From contig OY740809.1 of NCBI GenBank assembly GCA_963514005.1, positions 28,892,001-28,956,000 of the forward strand: a DNA stretch of 64,000 nt. The letters are read 5' to 3'. A program made the translations under genes and the position numbers. The notes under the pieces are model-generated. The model was not told where the DNA came from. It was given only the letters and a program-made list of their open reading frames with translations, and made no database searches. The DNA comes from Raja brachyura (lineage: Eukaryota). Below are positions 1 through 12,670 of this stretch, one piece after another (position 1 is the stretch's first letter; every line of letters starts with the position of its first letter).

Positions 1-340
1 TTTAGAGGTATGCAAAATCACGAGGGGCATAGATAAGGTGAACGGTCACAGTCGATTTCTTAGGATAAAAGAGACTTAAAGTCAGATGGCATAGGTTCAA
101 GAGGAGAGGGGATAAATTAAAAGGAGCCCGAGGGAGAAGAATTCCCCCATAGAAAGTGGTGGGTACTTGGAATGAGCTGCTGGATCAAGTGTCACCATTA
201 CAGTATTTAATGGACACTTATGGAAAGGAAAGCTTCAAGGGGATGCAAGCCAAATATAGGCAAATGAAACTAGCTGAGCGAAGCAACCCTGTCAGCACAG
301 AGAACTTGGCCTAGACCGTCTGCTTCCATGCAGTACGACA
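1..340 (+). mobile_element. Degraded CR1 LINE 3' end
   Basis: Similar to 60890-61150 (GAGGTATGCAAAATCACGAGGGGCATAGATAAGGT..., GGGCATAGGTTCAAG, TGGAATGAGCTGC). Confidence 0.7.
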
Positions 341-2039
341 GATTGAATAAGTAGGATTTACAGCTAAAAACAACAAAAGTTGATTCTGAGTATAAAGGGA
401 AATTAATGATTGGAAATGCAAAAATGCAAAACTTGCCCCCTCACACTCACTGACACTATGCACTTTATAATTTGCTTACATAAAGCTGCTTTGGTGAATA
501 TAGCTGGTTAAAACAAAATCTTCTTAGACTCACAAAGAATAACTTTCACAATTTAATAGATCGCATCATGCTTACAAAACAACTAGCTGGGTCAACTTCA
601 CGATTTTGTATTTTGAACCCCAAGATAATTTTTGTATACAACACATATAATTACATTTAATAATGCAAATAAATCTCAAGATTGCCAGATCTTTCCTTGA
701 CCAAATCAGAGCCAAATATTTCCAGGGATTTCTTATTCCAATCCACTCTCTCTTTGGTGTAGCAAGGAACTGTAGATGCTGGTTTACATAGAAGACAGAC
801 ATAAAATGCTGGAGTAGCATGCTGGACATCAGTAGGTTGGACAGTATCTCTAGCGAAAATAAACAGGTGACGTTTCAGGTCGGAGCCCTTCCTCAGACTT
901 TTTTTCCCCCCATTTTCATAAATTAGGGGGCAATCAATTAGCTTTTGGTTCCATTAAGTACGTGGAAACAAATGCACATATACAATGGCCTTCATGCCTT
1001 TGCCACAAACAGAGCTAAAATATCCTCACTTAAAAACCAAGCCCGTCATTTCAAAAGCTGATAATGGTCTGGGTATAATAGCTAATTTACCACAGATGCA
1101 TTTGGGGGAGGGAGCAAGGGAGGGAGTAAATCCTCAATGTGTGTGCTATATTATCCTTGTAATTTAGTATGGGTGCGTTGGAGATGGTAGCTACTTATTT
1201 ACATAAGGTATACAATTTGGAGCTTGATACCATAAAGAAAAGGGCACAAGGTAGGGAAAAGTTTCCTCATATTAAACTTTACACGCATTACTGCACCCTT
1301 ACCAAGGAATTCCCTGAAATCTATTTTTGCAGCACAAAGTAGAAAAGAAGTGTCTTGAGAAATTAGATGACAGAAAGATCATCTTTCCGGATTTGATCCA
1401 TTTTTCCATTCCATTTTCTCTTCAGTCAGTCTAAGCAATCATTTCACAACAGATATTACTTGGATCCAAATCATCTTGTCTGTACCAGGGTTTGCAATCA
1501 GGCCTTTTATGTTGGTCAAATTCCAACTTTTCTATCCAAAGGTCAAAAATCTAAACCCAATTCTAAAATTAGAGTCTTTCAACTCTTCTAATGGTGGAAG
1601 GATGAGGAACGAGGGCCATCCTGCTTCTTCTGACAGGCTCTGTTGCAGGGCCTTCTATCAACATAATATGATGAATTTCTGTACATGAATAAAGAACAAG
1701 CCTTTTACAATAAGTACAATGGTGCCAACAAAATAATATTCCAACCATTCTTTGGGTGTAAAAAAATATATTTTAATTAATTATTAGAATATATTTTATT
1801 TGGGATCATAGCATGTTCGCTTCCATTCTAGTTTGTGCTCTGTGCTGCCTGATGAAGCAACATGGGATCTGCAGCTTCTGGCAGTGGTGCGGCAGACTAT
1901 ACTTGGCAGGTCAGCCGAGTCGGTAGTTTGAGGGGCAATCATTTCCATCATTTATACTTTGCTTCTGTGTTCTCCTGAAGAATGGACTTCAGGAGCTCAA
2001 TGTCACCCAAAGGCAGCTCCTCCACTTCGGGAACTCTTT

Positions 2040-2350
2040 TTTAGATTATTAGATTAAATTAGAGGTACAGCATGGAAACAGACCCTTCAGCCCATTGAGT
2101 CTGCGCCGACCAACGACCCCTGCACGCTAACATTATCCTACACACACGAGGGACAATTTATAATCTTTACCAAAGCCAATAAACCCACAAACCTGTACGT
2201 CTTTGGAATGTGGGAAGAAACCAGAGCACCCAGAAAAAACCCACGCAGTCACAGGGAGAACATATAAACTCTGTACAGACAGCAACCGTAGTCAGGATTA
2301 AACCTGGGACTCTGGTGCTGTAAGGCAGCAACTATCACTGTGCCGCCCTT
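2040..2350 (-). mobile_element. HE1/V-SINE-like tRNA-derived SINE
   Basis: Minus strand GGCGGCACAGTG..GTTGCTGCCTTACAGCACCAG..CCCAGGTTTAATCC..GTCTGTACAGAG..TTCTCCCTGTGACTGCGTGGG..; similar to 43900-44225. Confidence 0.75.
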
Positions 2351-2715
2351 GGGCCAAGGATTTTCAGAAGTGGAGATACTACTCTTTTCCCCAGATGGCT
2401 TTGAGAAGGTCTACGATTCATTTTCTTTCTCTGCTCTCTTGCTGTGATGGAACTTGTTGCAGAGCACATTTTGGGAGTATTATCTTAGGCACAAAAGATG
2501 AAACCCGACCATTGGAGCCAATTGGGTTTAATTAAGGCCTCAAAGCGGAGAAGATAGTTGCTGGCTTGTTTATTTTGCCATTGGATGTAGAGGATTTGCA
2601 GCGGCAATGTTGATGGGTTTTCCTCCACTGATTTGAGGTGCCTGCTCTAGGTACCCCACTTCTCAGAAGTGTACAGGAAATCAGGGATCACTGCTGTTTG
2701 GGATCAGGGATCACT

Positions 2716-2797
2716 GCTCTTTTGAAAAGTGAGCTTGAAGATCTAGTCCTCAACATATGTTGAGGACTAGATCTTCAAGCTCACTTTTCAAAAGAGC
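2716..2797. repeat. Perfect 82-bp palindrome (41-bp arms, no spacer)
   Basis: GCTCTTTTGAAAAGTGAGCTTGAAGATCTAGTCCTCAACAT|ATGTTGAGGACTAGATCTTCAAGCTCACTTTTCAAAAGAGC. Confidence 0.97.
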
Positions 2798-5344
2798 GGT
2801 TTGATGTTCTGAGGGCAATGGTGGCTCATTAACATTGGCTCCATTGAGTGATGAGTCCCATCGGAGGAAACTATTCATTTTTGGGTCCCTTCATTGACCT
2901 TTATTGGGCAGTGGGAACAGGTTGGTAACAAACCTTCTGTCTGCGAAAGAGGTAGGACAATTTTCTTGGACATTTCAGCGAATGACTCAACGTGATTTAG
3001 AGACGCAAATGAGTGTTCGCACCTCAATGACTGATGTTGGTTGGAAAGAAATTCCTCGTATGTTGCAAAGCATACTTGGCGAATAATGTGTGATTCTGAC
3101 TGTGATAGAAGTAGAGATTGAAATGCTTCCCCTTTGTCATGTAGATACACGCCACTCCAGAGCAAGTGTTTTTGGAAGGAATAGTTATGTGGTAAAAAAT
3201 GTTGAGTAAGGATTAGGATAAAGTAGCCGTTTGTGATTGTAGCTTGCATAGATTTTGTTGTGAACACAATGGTTAAGTGTTTTTTGCACGTCATAATTAA
3301 ATACAAAACATGGCGAATTTCAATAGTGAGTGAAGTATAAGATATGAAGCAAAATCCTTATTTATTTTCTGATGGGGTCAAAGTCTTAAGCAAAATCAAA
3401 CAAGGATATGCATGGTTGCCTGAATTTCCTTGGAGTTAACATAATAAAGATCTGAGTACTCCTTGAGATGGATGGAATGCGCAATACAAATTTAAGGAGT
3501 AGCTCTCTGGCTCTTTGAAGAAGACAGTTTAGGCGAATGTTGGCGATGACGTGTCCAGTGGCAAACGTCTGAAGTTCATTGACACATCCTTTGCCCAATT
3601 AAGGGAGCTGAGATTGTGAATGTATTCCTGAACTTCAACAACATCAAAAAAACACAATCTTTGATGACTAGAGACATTGCAGAGACGAACTGTACAAGTC
3701 TCAGCAAAGTTTAAAATGAGAGCCAATGATCTAGCTGCAAAGGCAATTTGAGTCAATAGTTCTTAACACTGGGGCTATTCAACCTTCATTCCCAAACATG
3801 TATGATAATCAAGTCTGCAAACCCTCAACTCTATATTTGTATTTCATATTTCCTGTTTTCTATTATTTTTTATAATTGTGGGCTTGGAAATTTGGAAAAT
3901 ATAAATCCTAATTCAACAATTCAATTGCAGGAATTTGGATTTTCAATTTCTATGGACTAGCTGAAAATGTTCTGAAATAAGAAAAAAAAGAGACAGAAGA
4001 TGGAAGAAACACTCAGCAGGTTAGGCAGCATCTGTGGAACAAAAAACATAATACATACTTAGGGTCAAATAATCATTACTATGTTTTTCAGGTGATGGAA
4101 AGAGACTCTAAAACAAGATCCAAAATTTAGATTAACCCCAGATTATAGAACAAAATAGTAGATACGAAAGGTCTTAACTTGGTTGCAAGGCTCTCTAAAG
4201 ATATCGCAATACTTACTAACCTGATCTTGTGTCTTCTTTCTAGTCCCAGGAAAAGCAAACTCAATATAAAACTGAAGAGTGTTTGTATGTAAACAAAATG
4301 GGCTGTGCATGGGCAAAATATATGCACAAACCTACAGGAAGTGCAGAGAAAACACAGAAAAATGGGCAAAAGGAGGAAATGGAGTAAACGGCAATACTAT
4401 CTCAAGACATGTAACCTAACCAGCACAACGTACAGTAACCCAACCAGTTAGTTTCAGAGGTAAAGGAGTAAAGGATCTTGTCCCAAATGTCACCTATTCA
4501 TGTTCTCCAGAGATGCTGCCTGACCAGTTGAGCTACTCCAGCATTTGCGTCATTTTTGTTAAACCAGAATTTACAGTTCCTTATTTCTACTGCCTTCAAC
4601 TACTTACCACTTTATAGTTCTTTCCAAAGATTATAGAGATCTTTGGTTCTTTCTTTACACTAATTGCTTCACGCAAATTATGACCAATTGTCCAATTCCT
4701 GGATGTCATTGCTTCATTGATAAAAATAACCTTGTTTAATGTTACACGTCATATCCACCCACAGGCAAAACAGTATTCATCTGGAACCTCCACTGATTCA
4801 TCGGGATTGATCAATGGGTTTTTGGACCCAGGAAAATCAGAGCCAACACACGGCAGCAACAGATGAATCAGGATGAGGAAATTTAATTTTCAAGCCAAAG
4901 TGTGGGTTTAGATAATTTATTTCCGAGTGGACAATAAAAGGGTTCTTTCTGAAAAAAATCCAGAGTCTATCTTCTTTCTAAAACTCGACTGACTTAAATA
5001 TTGAGCCAGATTTTTGTAATTTAACTACACAATGTCTATTTTCAACCAGGTATTGTGGATCAAAAACTCCTGACTTCTGGAGACACTCATGGCTGTGCTC
5101 AACAGTACATTTTTAGCATGCATTTATAATAATAGGAATATCTTCAAAACTGAATTGTTTAAGAAATGCTAAAAACTGTTTATCAGCTCAGCGATGAGTG
5201 TCGACTTAACCATGGCAAACGTGTTTGTTTAGAATTCAACAGTTCAGAGGACAAGCATATTTTAAAACAATGGTAAAGTTCCTCTGGTTCTGTCAGAATG
5301 CATCATTTATTCTCAGATTGAGACTTAAAATTAGTGATGACTTC

Positions 5345-5562
5345 TCTCAACTGGATGTAGATTATCCCACAGTACTATTTAACAGCAGGTGATTTCCCCC
5401 TCAGTGCCATGTTTAATGCGCAACTTTTACCAACATCATTAAAACTGATTATTCAAGAGAATTTGGCTACAAATTGGTAGCACCTTTCCTGCATTAAACA
5501 ATGATTTATTAACGGTAGGGAACTGTGAGATAATGAAAGGTGCTAGTAAGTGCAAGCCTCTC
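5345..5562 (+). mobile_element. Degraded Deu-domain SINE-like element; similar remnants at ~37105-37440 (-), 38940-39130 (+), 59040-59360 (-)
   Basis: GGATGTAGATTATCCCACAGTACTATTT..CCAACATCATTAAAACTGATTAT..AAATTGG..TTTCCTGCATTA..GAAAGGTGCTA..TGCAAG; recognised by eye only. Confidence 0.5.
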
Positions 5563-6501
5563 TCCAATATTTTTCAAACAAAATTGTAGATTATATTCAT
5601 GCAGTCACAGACAACTTAGATACACATTGGGGAAATTAATATACTGTTTTATTATTCACTAGGGCATCAGGGTATATGGTCCATTTTCTATTATAAAGGG
5701 ACTAAATAAAACCGGCAAGGGAGATCTTGTTGGGGATTTCCTCCTGATTATTACGAGCTGTATTCTTGAACATTGATGTTGCATCCAATGCTGGCTTTTT
5801 AAAGAAACTGCATTACCCGACATATGTCTATACAATCATCAATGCAGAATTTATGAGCAAAATCTGAGGAACACAGGAGATCCTTACGTTTTACACTATT
5901 TACTCAGTTCACAACAAATCTCTTGGGCTTTGTTCTTTTTTTAAAAAGGATTTTTGACTACACAGTAGATTTAATCTCCAGTTTTGACATTTCCATTAAC
6001 CAATTCCTAAGATCTGATGTTCTGAGAAATGGCCTATGTCAGCCCATGGCCACTTTGTACTATAGTCTTGCTGTGTTTCCAGCATTAGCTGAAAAAGTGA
6101 TTTATTTTCAAGATGCAAGGACATGGTTTACTACAAAAAAAAAATGAACTGCCGTGGGACATGGATCAGGTCTGAAGAAAGGACCCAACCCGAAACATCA
6201 CTTACACATATCCTCCGGATATTCTGCCTGACCTGCTCAGTTACTCCAGCACTTTAAAGAATTACTTTATTTGAGATTACAGCACATTAATTTCCTGACA
6301 GAAGCTTTTTTAAAGCAACTCACATTTAATGGCATTGTTAAGATTAATAGGATAAAGTTTTACTTTCAACAAGAATGCAGTCCAAGAGGTAATATTACCT
6401 TGGAGATCTACCAGTTTCTTCTACTGTGACAAATTGTCTGTAGCACAGTACCTTTTTATAAAATTGGAAGTGGTTAGCTCATTCAATAATACATTGAACT
6501 A

Positions 6502-8115
6502 CAGTGCTCTCCATAATGTTTGGACAAAGACCCATCCATCATTTATTTATTTGCCTCTGTACGCCACAATTTGAGATTTGTAAAAGTGCACATTGTCAGA
6601 TTTTAATAAAGGTCATTTTTATACATATTGGTTTCACCATGTAGAAATTGCAGCTGTGTTTATACATAGTCCCCCAATTTCAGGGTACCATAATGTTTGG
6701 GACACATAGCTTCACATGTGTTTGTAATTGCTCTGTGTGTTTAAATGCCTCTTTAATGCAAGTATAAAAGAACTCTCAGCACCTAGTCTTTCCATCACCT
6801 TTGGAAATTTGTATTGCTGTTTATCAACATGAGAACCAAAGTTGTGCCAATGAAAGTCAAATAAGCCATTGTGAGACTGAGAAACTAGAATAAAACTGTT
6901 ATAGAGACATCAGCTAAACATTAGGCTTATCACAATCAACAGTTGGGATATCATAAAGAAGAAAGAGAGCACTGGTGAGCTTACTAATCGCAAAGGGACT
7001 GGCAGGCCAAGGAAGACCTCCACAGCTGATGACAGAAGAATTCTCTCTATAATAAAGAAAAAGCCCCAACCACCTGTCCGACAGTCAAAAACACTCTTCA
7101 GGTGTGGATTTGCAAAATGACTACTGTCCACAGGAGACTTCAGGATCAAAAATATAGAGGCTATACTGCAAGATGCAAACCACTGGTTAGCCGTAAAAAT
7201 AGGATGGCCGGGTTACAGTTTGCGAAGAAGTACTTAAAAGAGCAACCACAGTTCTGGAAAAAGGACTTGTGGACAGATGAGACGAAGATTAACTTTTCTA
7301 TCAGTGATGGCATGAACAAAGTATGGAGGAAAGAAGGAACTGTCCAAGATCCAAAGCATACCACCTCATCTGTGAAACATGGTGGTGGGGGTGTTATGAC
7401 CTGGGCATGTATAACTGCCGAAGGTACTGGCTAACCTATCTGCATTCATGATACAACTGCTGATGGTAGTAGCATAATAAATTCTGAAGTGTATAGACAC
7501 ATCCAATCTGTGCAAGTTCAAACAAATGCCTCAAAACATTGGCTGGCAATTCATTCTACAGCTAGACAATGATCCCAAACATTCTGCTAAAGCAACAAAG
7601 GAGTTTTTCAAAGCTAAAAAATGGTTAATTCTAGAGTGGCCAAGTCATTCACCCGATCTGAACCCAATTAAGCATGCCGCTTATATGTTGAAGAGAAAAC
7701 TGAAGTGGACTAGCCCCCAAAACAAGATTAAGCTAAAGATGGCTGCAATACAGGCCTGGCAGAGCAACACAAGAGAAGACACCCAGTAACTGGTGATGTC
7801 CATGAATCGCAGACTTCAAGCAGTCATTGCATGTAACATGCAACAAAATACTAAACATGACTACTTTCATTTACATGACATTGCTGTGTCCCAAACATTA
7901 TGGTGCCGTGAAATGGGGGGGGGGGGGAGAGAAAAGAGACACACGACTATGTATAAACACTGCTGTAATTTCTACATGGTGAAACCAAAATGTATAAAAA
8001 TGGCCTTGCACACATTAACCACATGTGATTTTTTCTATTACAAATCTCAAATTGTGGAGTACTGAGGCAAATAAATAAATGACGGGTCTTTGTCCCAAGC
8101 ATTATGAGGGGCACT
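6502..8115 (+). mobile_element. Tc1/mariner DNA transposon, IR/DR type, with degenerate DD34E transposase (~6829-7830)
   Basis: TA|CAGTGCTCTCCATAATGTTTGG at the left end and CCCAAGCATTATGAGGGGCACT at the right, with ~200-bp TIRs and inner repeats at ~6681 and ~7883. ORF fragments WTDETKIN, VKHGGGGVMTW, QLDNDPKH and WPSHSPDLNPIK carry stops and frameshifts. Confidence 0.93.
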
Positions 8116-11100
8116 AACTTGAGTTGGAGTTGCAGTTCAGAGCAATTTCAATGCAATTGTGAAAGAACCAACAGGGGGGGAAATAGTAGCCGTTTCTCTA
8201 CAAAAACAAAAAACCTATGACAATTAATTTTACTTGGTCAGCATTTTCCAAGAAAATAAAATTTACTGGGACAATGTTTCCTAAAGACCCATGGCATCCT
8301 ATCCAACCTCGGACCAGTACGGCACACCAATCTGATCTTTTTTTCCCTGTAATTACAAATAAATAATCTTTATGGAACACAACAACCTTCGTTGAAACCT
8401 ACTTAAAACATGAATCAAAAATTCAGTTATAAATTCTCCCCTATTCCACAATTTCTTACCTCTTGCCTTAAAATGTGCTTCTTGAACCCACCCCTAAGCT
8501 GACCATGGAGGATGATTATATTTTCCTGGGACACATTTGCTCCTTTCCAATACAGGAGCCACACTTACTTGAGAAGCTCAATGCACATGTGTTTTTAAAC
8601 TACTATAAACAGCACCTCACTAAACTTCCTTATAGTTTTTATACCATCCTAGAATATGGGAGTTTTGTTTGAGTTCTAATCCACAAGAAAAACAACATTG
8701 GTAACGCACCAATTATAAGGAGTTACAGAAACTCAGAGTACTACGTTAACTGGTTGGCAATTTAGCATTTTACGAGGCACTGAATATTTGATCCATCTTC
8801 CTTCAATAACAACTAATCTCAAGAGTGCTGGATTCACAGTACATTCATTAACTGATTTTATTTTTTTCAAATAAGCATACAATCTCAGCTCTGGCAGTAA
8901 TACCCCCGTGTACTATGAATCTGCCTTTGCACATTATAATAATGTTACCTGTATTGAAAATCTAAATTTTCAGGAAACCAAATGGATGTTTCACAGTTGT
9001 ATTTGGAAACATTCGAGAAACACTCCTTAAAATGTATGTTACACAATGACCTCCAAGTGATTGACAAAATCAACATTGAAACCATTTAGGATTGAGTTCC
9101 GGAAAAATGCATTGTACTTCACTAAAACTAATTTGCTCAGAGGCAGACACATGCAGCCAGCATCTGTAATTATGGACCCAAATATCGGATTTTTAAAAAT
9201 CAGCTAATAAGTTAAATGGGTGAATTCAACTTACTGATGCCACCCTTCACCATCTGAATATAGCAGGTTCTCCATTGTAAAAAAACTATTACTGACAAAA
9301 CGTGATCTCTACGTATTTATTGAAAGTTTCACAGAATTTAGATTTTCAATTGGTTTTACCTATGAATGCAAAATTTCCAGAATATTTTCTATCTCACAGA
9401 AGGCACTCAGTATAAAACTTCATCGAATGCAAGCATTACCATCGATCTGGCTGAACATGTAAAAGCTGGTTAAAAATTAGCTAAATTCTCAACCTATGTA
9501 AACAGCACAAGGAGTGGGAAACACAAAATGCCAGGCAAGTTATGATTACATCTCAATGCAAGCAATTACAGTATTGACATGAAAACAATGTATTTGCTGT
9601 CCACTAGGAATGCCTCCTTTTAATTCAATTTTGGTTTAGAACATTTCAATTAGGAGGAAGATAGTGGATAGGCTGGGTTTGTTTTCTTTGGACTGAGGTA
9701 TCTGATAAGAGTAGACAAAATTATGAAAGGCAGCGTGGATAATGCAGAACTTTTCCCCATAATGTAGATGCCTAAATCGTGAGGGCAGAGGTTTAAGTTG
9801 GGGACTGAGAGGGTTAACAAATCAAAGATTTTTTAAACCCAAATGATGGTCACTAACTGGAAAGCACTACCTGAGAAGTTGAAGGCAGATACTCTCACAA
9901 AAACCAGTACAGTATTTGATTTCCAAGGCATAGAAAGTTACAGACCAATTACTGGTAACTAGGAATAATGCACGCTAGATGGACTACATAGACATGGTGG
10001 GCTAATGGGGCCCGTTCCTGTGCTGTGTAACTTCATCCAGCAATCAAGAGGCCACGACATTATGCAATTATAGATCTTCATCAAAAGCCAGGTTTTTTTT
10101 GTTATACGACTGCCTCTGCATCTTGACAGAATTCTGCATCTGCTTTGCAACCAATTACATGACCCTTTTTAATAAAACTTACAAATTTTCACGCAATCAA
10201 GTGCACAATTTCTTACGCCTCGTTCCACCCCCTTCTGCATTTCCAACATTCTTGGGATTGATATCCAATGCATTATACAACATTTAGCATAAGAAAACTG
10301 GTGCGTGTAAAAGCAAAACTGCTAGCACTTCATACAACCTTTCACAACCTACGGCCTTATAATATTTCCTACTACCCATTGTGGTATTTTAATCTCTTAT
10401 AGATGGACACAAATTGCATTTAGTAACCAAATGCTGAACCTTTATAATTGTGTTTTACAGATAAGTGTGCATTAGAAAGGATTCAAAGCATTGGAGGTTC
10501 CAAGGAGGCTCAAAACAAGGAGAACTACTTTAGGTAGAATACACCAAAGACAGCCAATACTTTATACAGAGCCATTTGATTCAAATTACTGCTTTGGTAT
10601 CTTACACTTTCCAAACAGGCCTCGATTTAAGAGGCATTTGCTTAATACTGCAATTGGGACAGGAGCTGGACAGATTTCAGTATACAAACAGTCCATGGGT
10701 TAAGCAAGGGTTCCCTTTCTGAGAACTGTCCAGTAGTCAATTTCTTTGTAAATCAATAACATCAGCTTTCTAGAGTAACCTATATATCATCATACATACA
10801 CTTGCTATTTTTCATTGAATAATTACTGTACCCAGTCATTAATGAATATCATTATTACTTGCTTAAAAAATGCCCTGAAAATGTATGGGAGAATTTGAGG
10901 AAACGTAGATTTCTGTAAGTCAGATCATTCATAACCAGGGAAACTCCTGGAACTGCAAATGAGGACAAAGAAAACTGTGGCTAATGAACAGTTCTGAAGT
11001 TGGCAATAATAGAACAAGATGTCTGAAAATTTAAACAGGCTAATTAGAAATGCCAATTAAGTATCTAAGTTAAAGCTTAAACTTTAATCTAAACGTAAAT

Positions 11101-12503
11101 TTAAACTCAAGTTTAAAGTTAAAATCCAAATTTAAACTGTTTTTTTTATTTTTATAAAGCCAAAATTCACAATTTAAACTTAGTCCTTCCTATACCTTTT
11201 AAATTGTAGGAGAGCCATTTTAGAGTTCAATATATTTGACTATTTGAACAATGTTAAAAATGTTGCAATTATCCCAAAGTTACAGTGGTCAGCAGATCCA
11301 AACCAGAATCAGACTTCTCCTTCAGGGAGGCAGAGAAACAGACAACAGAGTAAGTGGCATGATTTTAATGCATTCACTATGGAATACCAGTATATCCCTG
11401 CCTGTACAGGCTGGACTGTGCTTAGTCCAGTTGCAAAATTATATTGGAGAAGGTACAAAAGTCTTTAACTTTGCATTGAAATCCAACCGATAGGATTAGT
11501 ACAGGTGTCAGAGGTTATAGGGAGAAATGCTGGAGAATTGGGTTAGGAGCGATAGATCAGTCATTATTGAATGGCAGAGTAGACTTGATGGGCCGAATAT
11601 ACATAATTCCACTCCTAACACAACCTTATATAATGGTCATAAAGACAGCCTAAAATGATATTTTTGCAAAATTAATTTCAAACCTATTCCCATTTAGAAT
11701 ATGGCACACAAATTTAGACGGGTTGCACTGAAAAAGGAATAGTTGGACAGCAGAGGAATCACCCTAATGAATGGGATCACAAAAATTGAACTACAGTTGT
11801 GTACTATCTGTTTAAATTAACATTGCAGGTATAACGTTGAAATAATAATTGAGCAATAATAAGCAAATATAGTGGATGTCATACATTTCCATATAGTACT
11901 CCGTCTTGTGAAGCACAAATAAATAATTTTAATAATGTATGCAGTTAGGTAAAACATTTTAATTAGCCATTTGACTGAAGCATCATAATTTGCTTAGCTT
12001 GAAAATTCAAACTTTAATTAAAGCTTTTAATTTAGACATCAAGCACATCAAATCACTGAACACAATGTTATTTTCAATCTACTAATTTTGTATGGATTGA
12101 TACAGAATTCATTGTATACAGGGGACTTGGTCCAACTGGTCTGTCAATTATCACACAGTATCATCCCACCCTTCTGATCATCACATTTATTTTGCCCATG
12201 CTCTCAACCAGTTTCCCCATTAATCATACTATATATTCTGTATTATTTTTTGTGGTAGTGGATACCACATTAAGGGCTCAACACTCAAAGAGGCCTTTTA
12301 ATTTACTGAGTTCCCACGGACCATCAAGTATCCATCTGCACTAGAGACATAAAATGCTGGAGTAACTCAGCGGGACAGGCAGTATCTCTGGGTGGAAGGA
12401 CTGGGTGATGTTTCGGGTGGAGACCTTTTATCAGACTGGAAGTCAGGGACGGAGATAGAGATATGGAAGGGCAAGCTGTGAAAACGAGACATCAAAGGGG
12501 ATG

Positions 12504-12670
12504 TCTCGTTTGTCTGAAGAAGGTCTCGATGAGTCGATGAGTCTGAAGAAGGGTCTCGACCCGAAACGTCGCCTATCTCCTTCACTCCTTAGATGCTGCT
12601 GCACCCGCTGAGTTTCTCCAGCTTTTTGTGTAACCCTCGATTCTCCAGCATCTGCAGTTCCTTCTTTAAC
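12504..12670 (+). mobile_element. Young non-autonomous Penelope-derived element with hammerhead motif, nested in the older Penelope fragment
   Basis: Flanked by the 15-bp direct repeat ACATCAAAGGGGATG (12489-12503 and 12671-12685); nearly identical to 34729-34853. Confidence 0.85.
12536..12577 (+). ncRNA. Minimal type-I hammerhead ribozyme motif
   Basis: GAUGAGU-CUGAAGA-A-GGGUCUCGACCC-GAAA-C-GUC-GCCUAUC: core boxes, helix II hairpin, 6 of 7 helix I pairs, palindromic ACGU helix III. Confidence 0.6.

Larger units (their letters stand above)
1850..2870 (-). mobile_element. Degraded RTE-type LINE fragment interrupted by a SINE
   Basis: The minus strand resembles the RTE ORF C-terminus (AVIP..SEKW..SRHLK..E..HQ.C..KIL.I.W) with many frameshifts. 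Confidence 0.5.
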
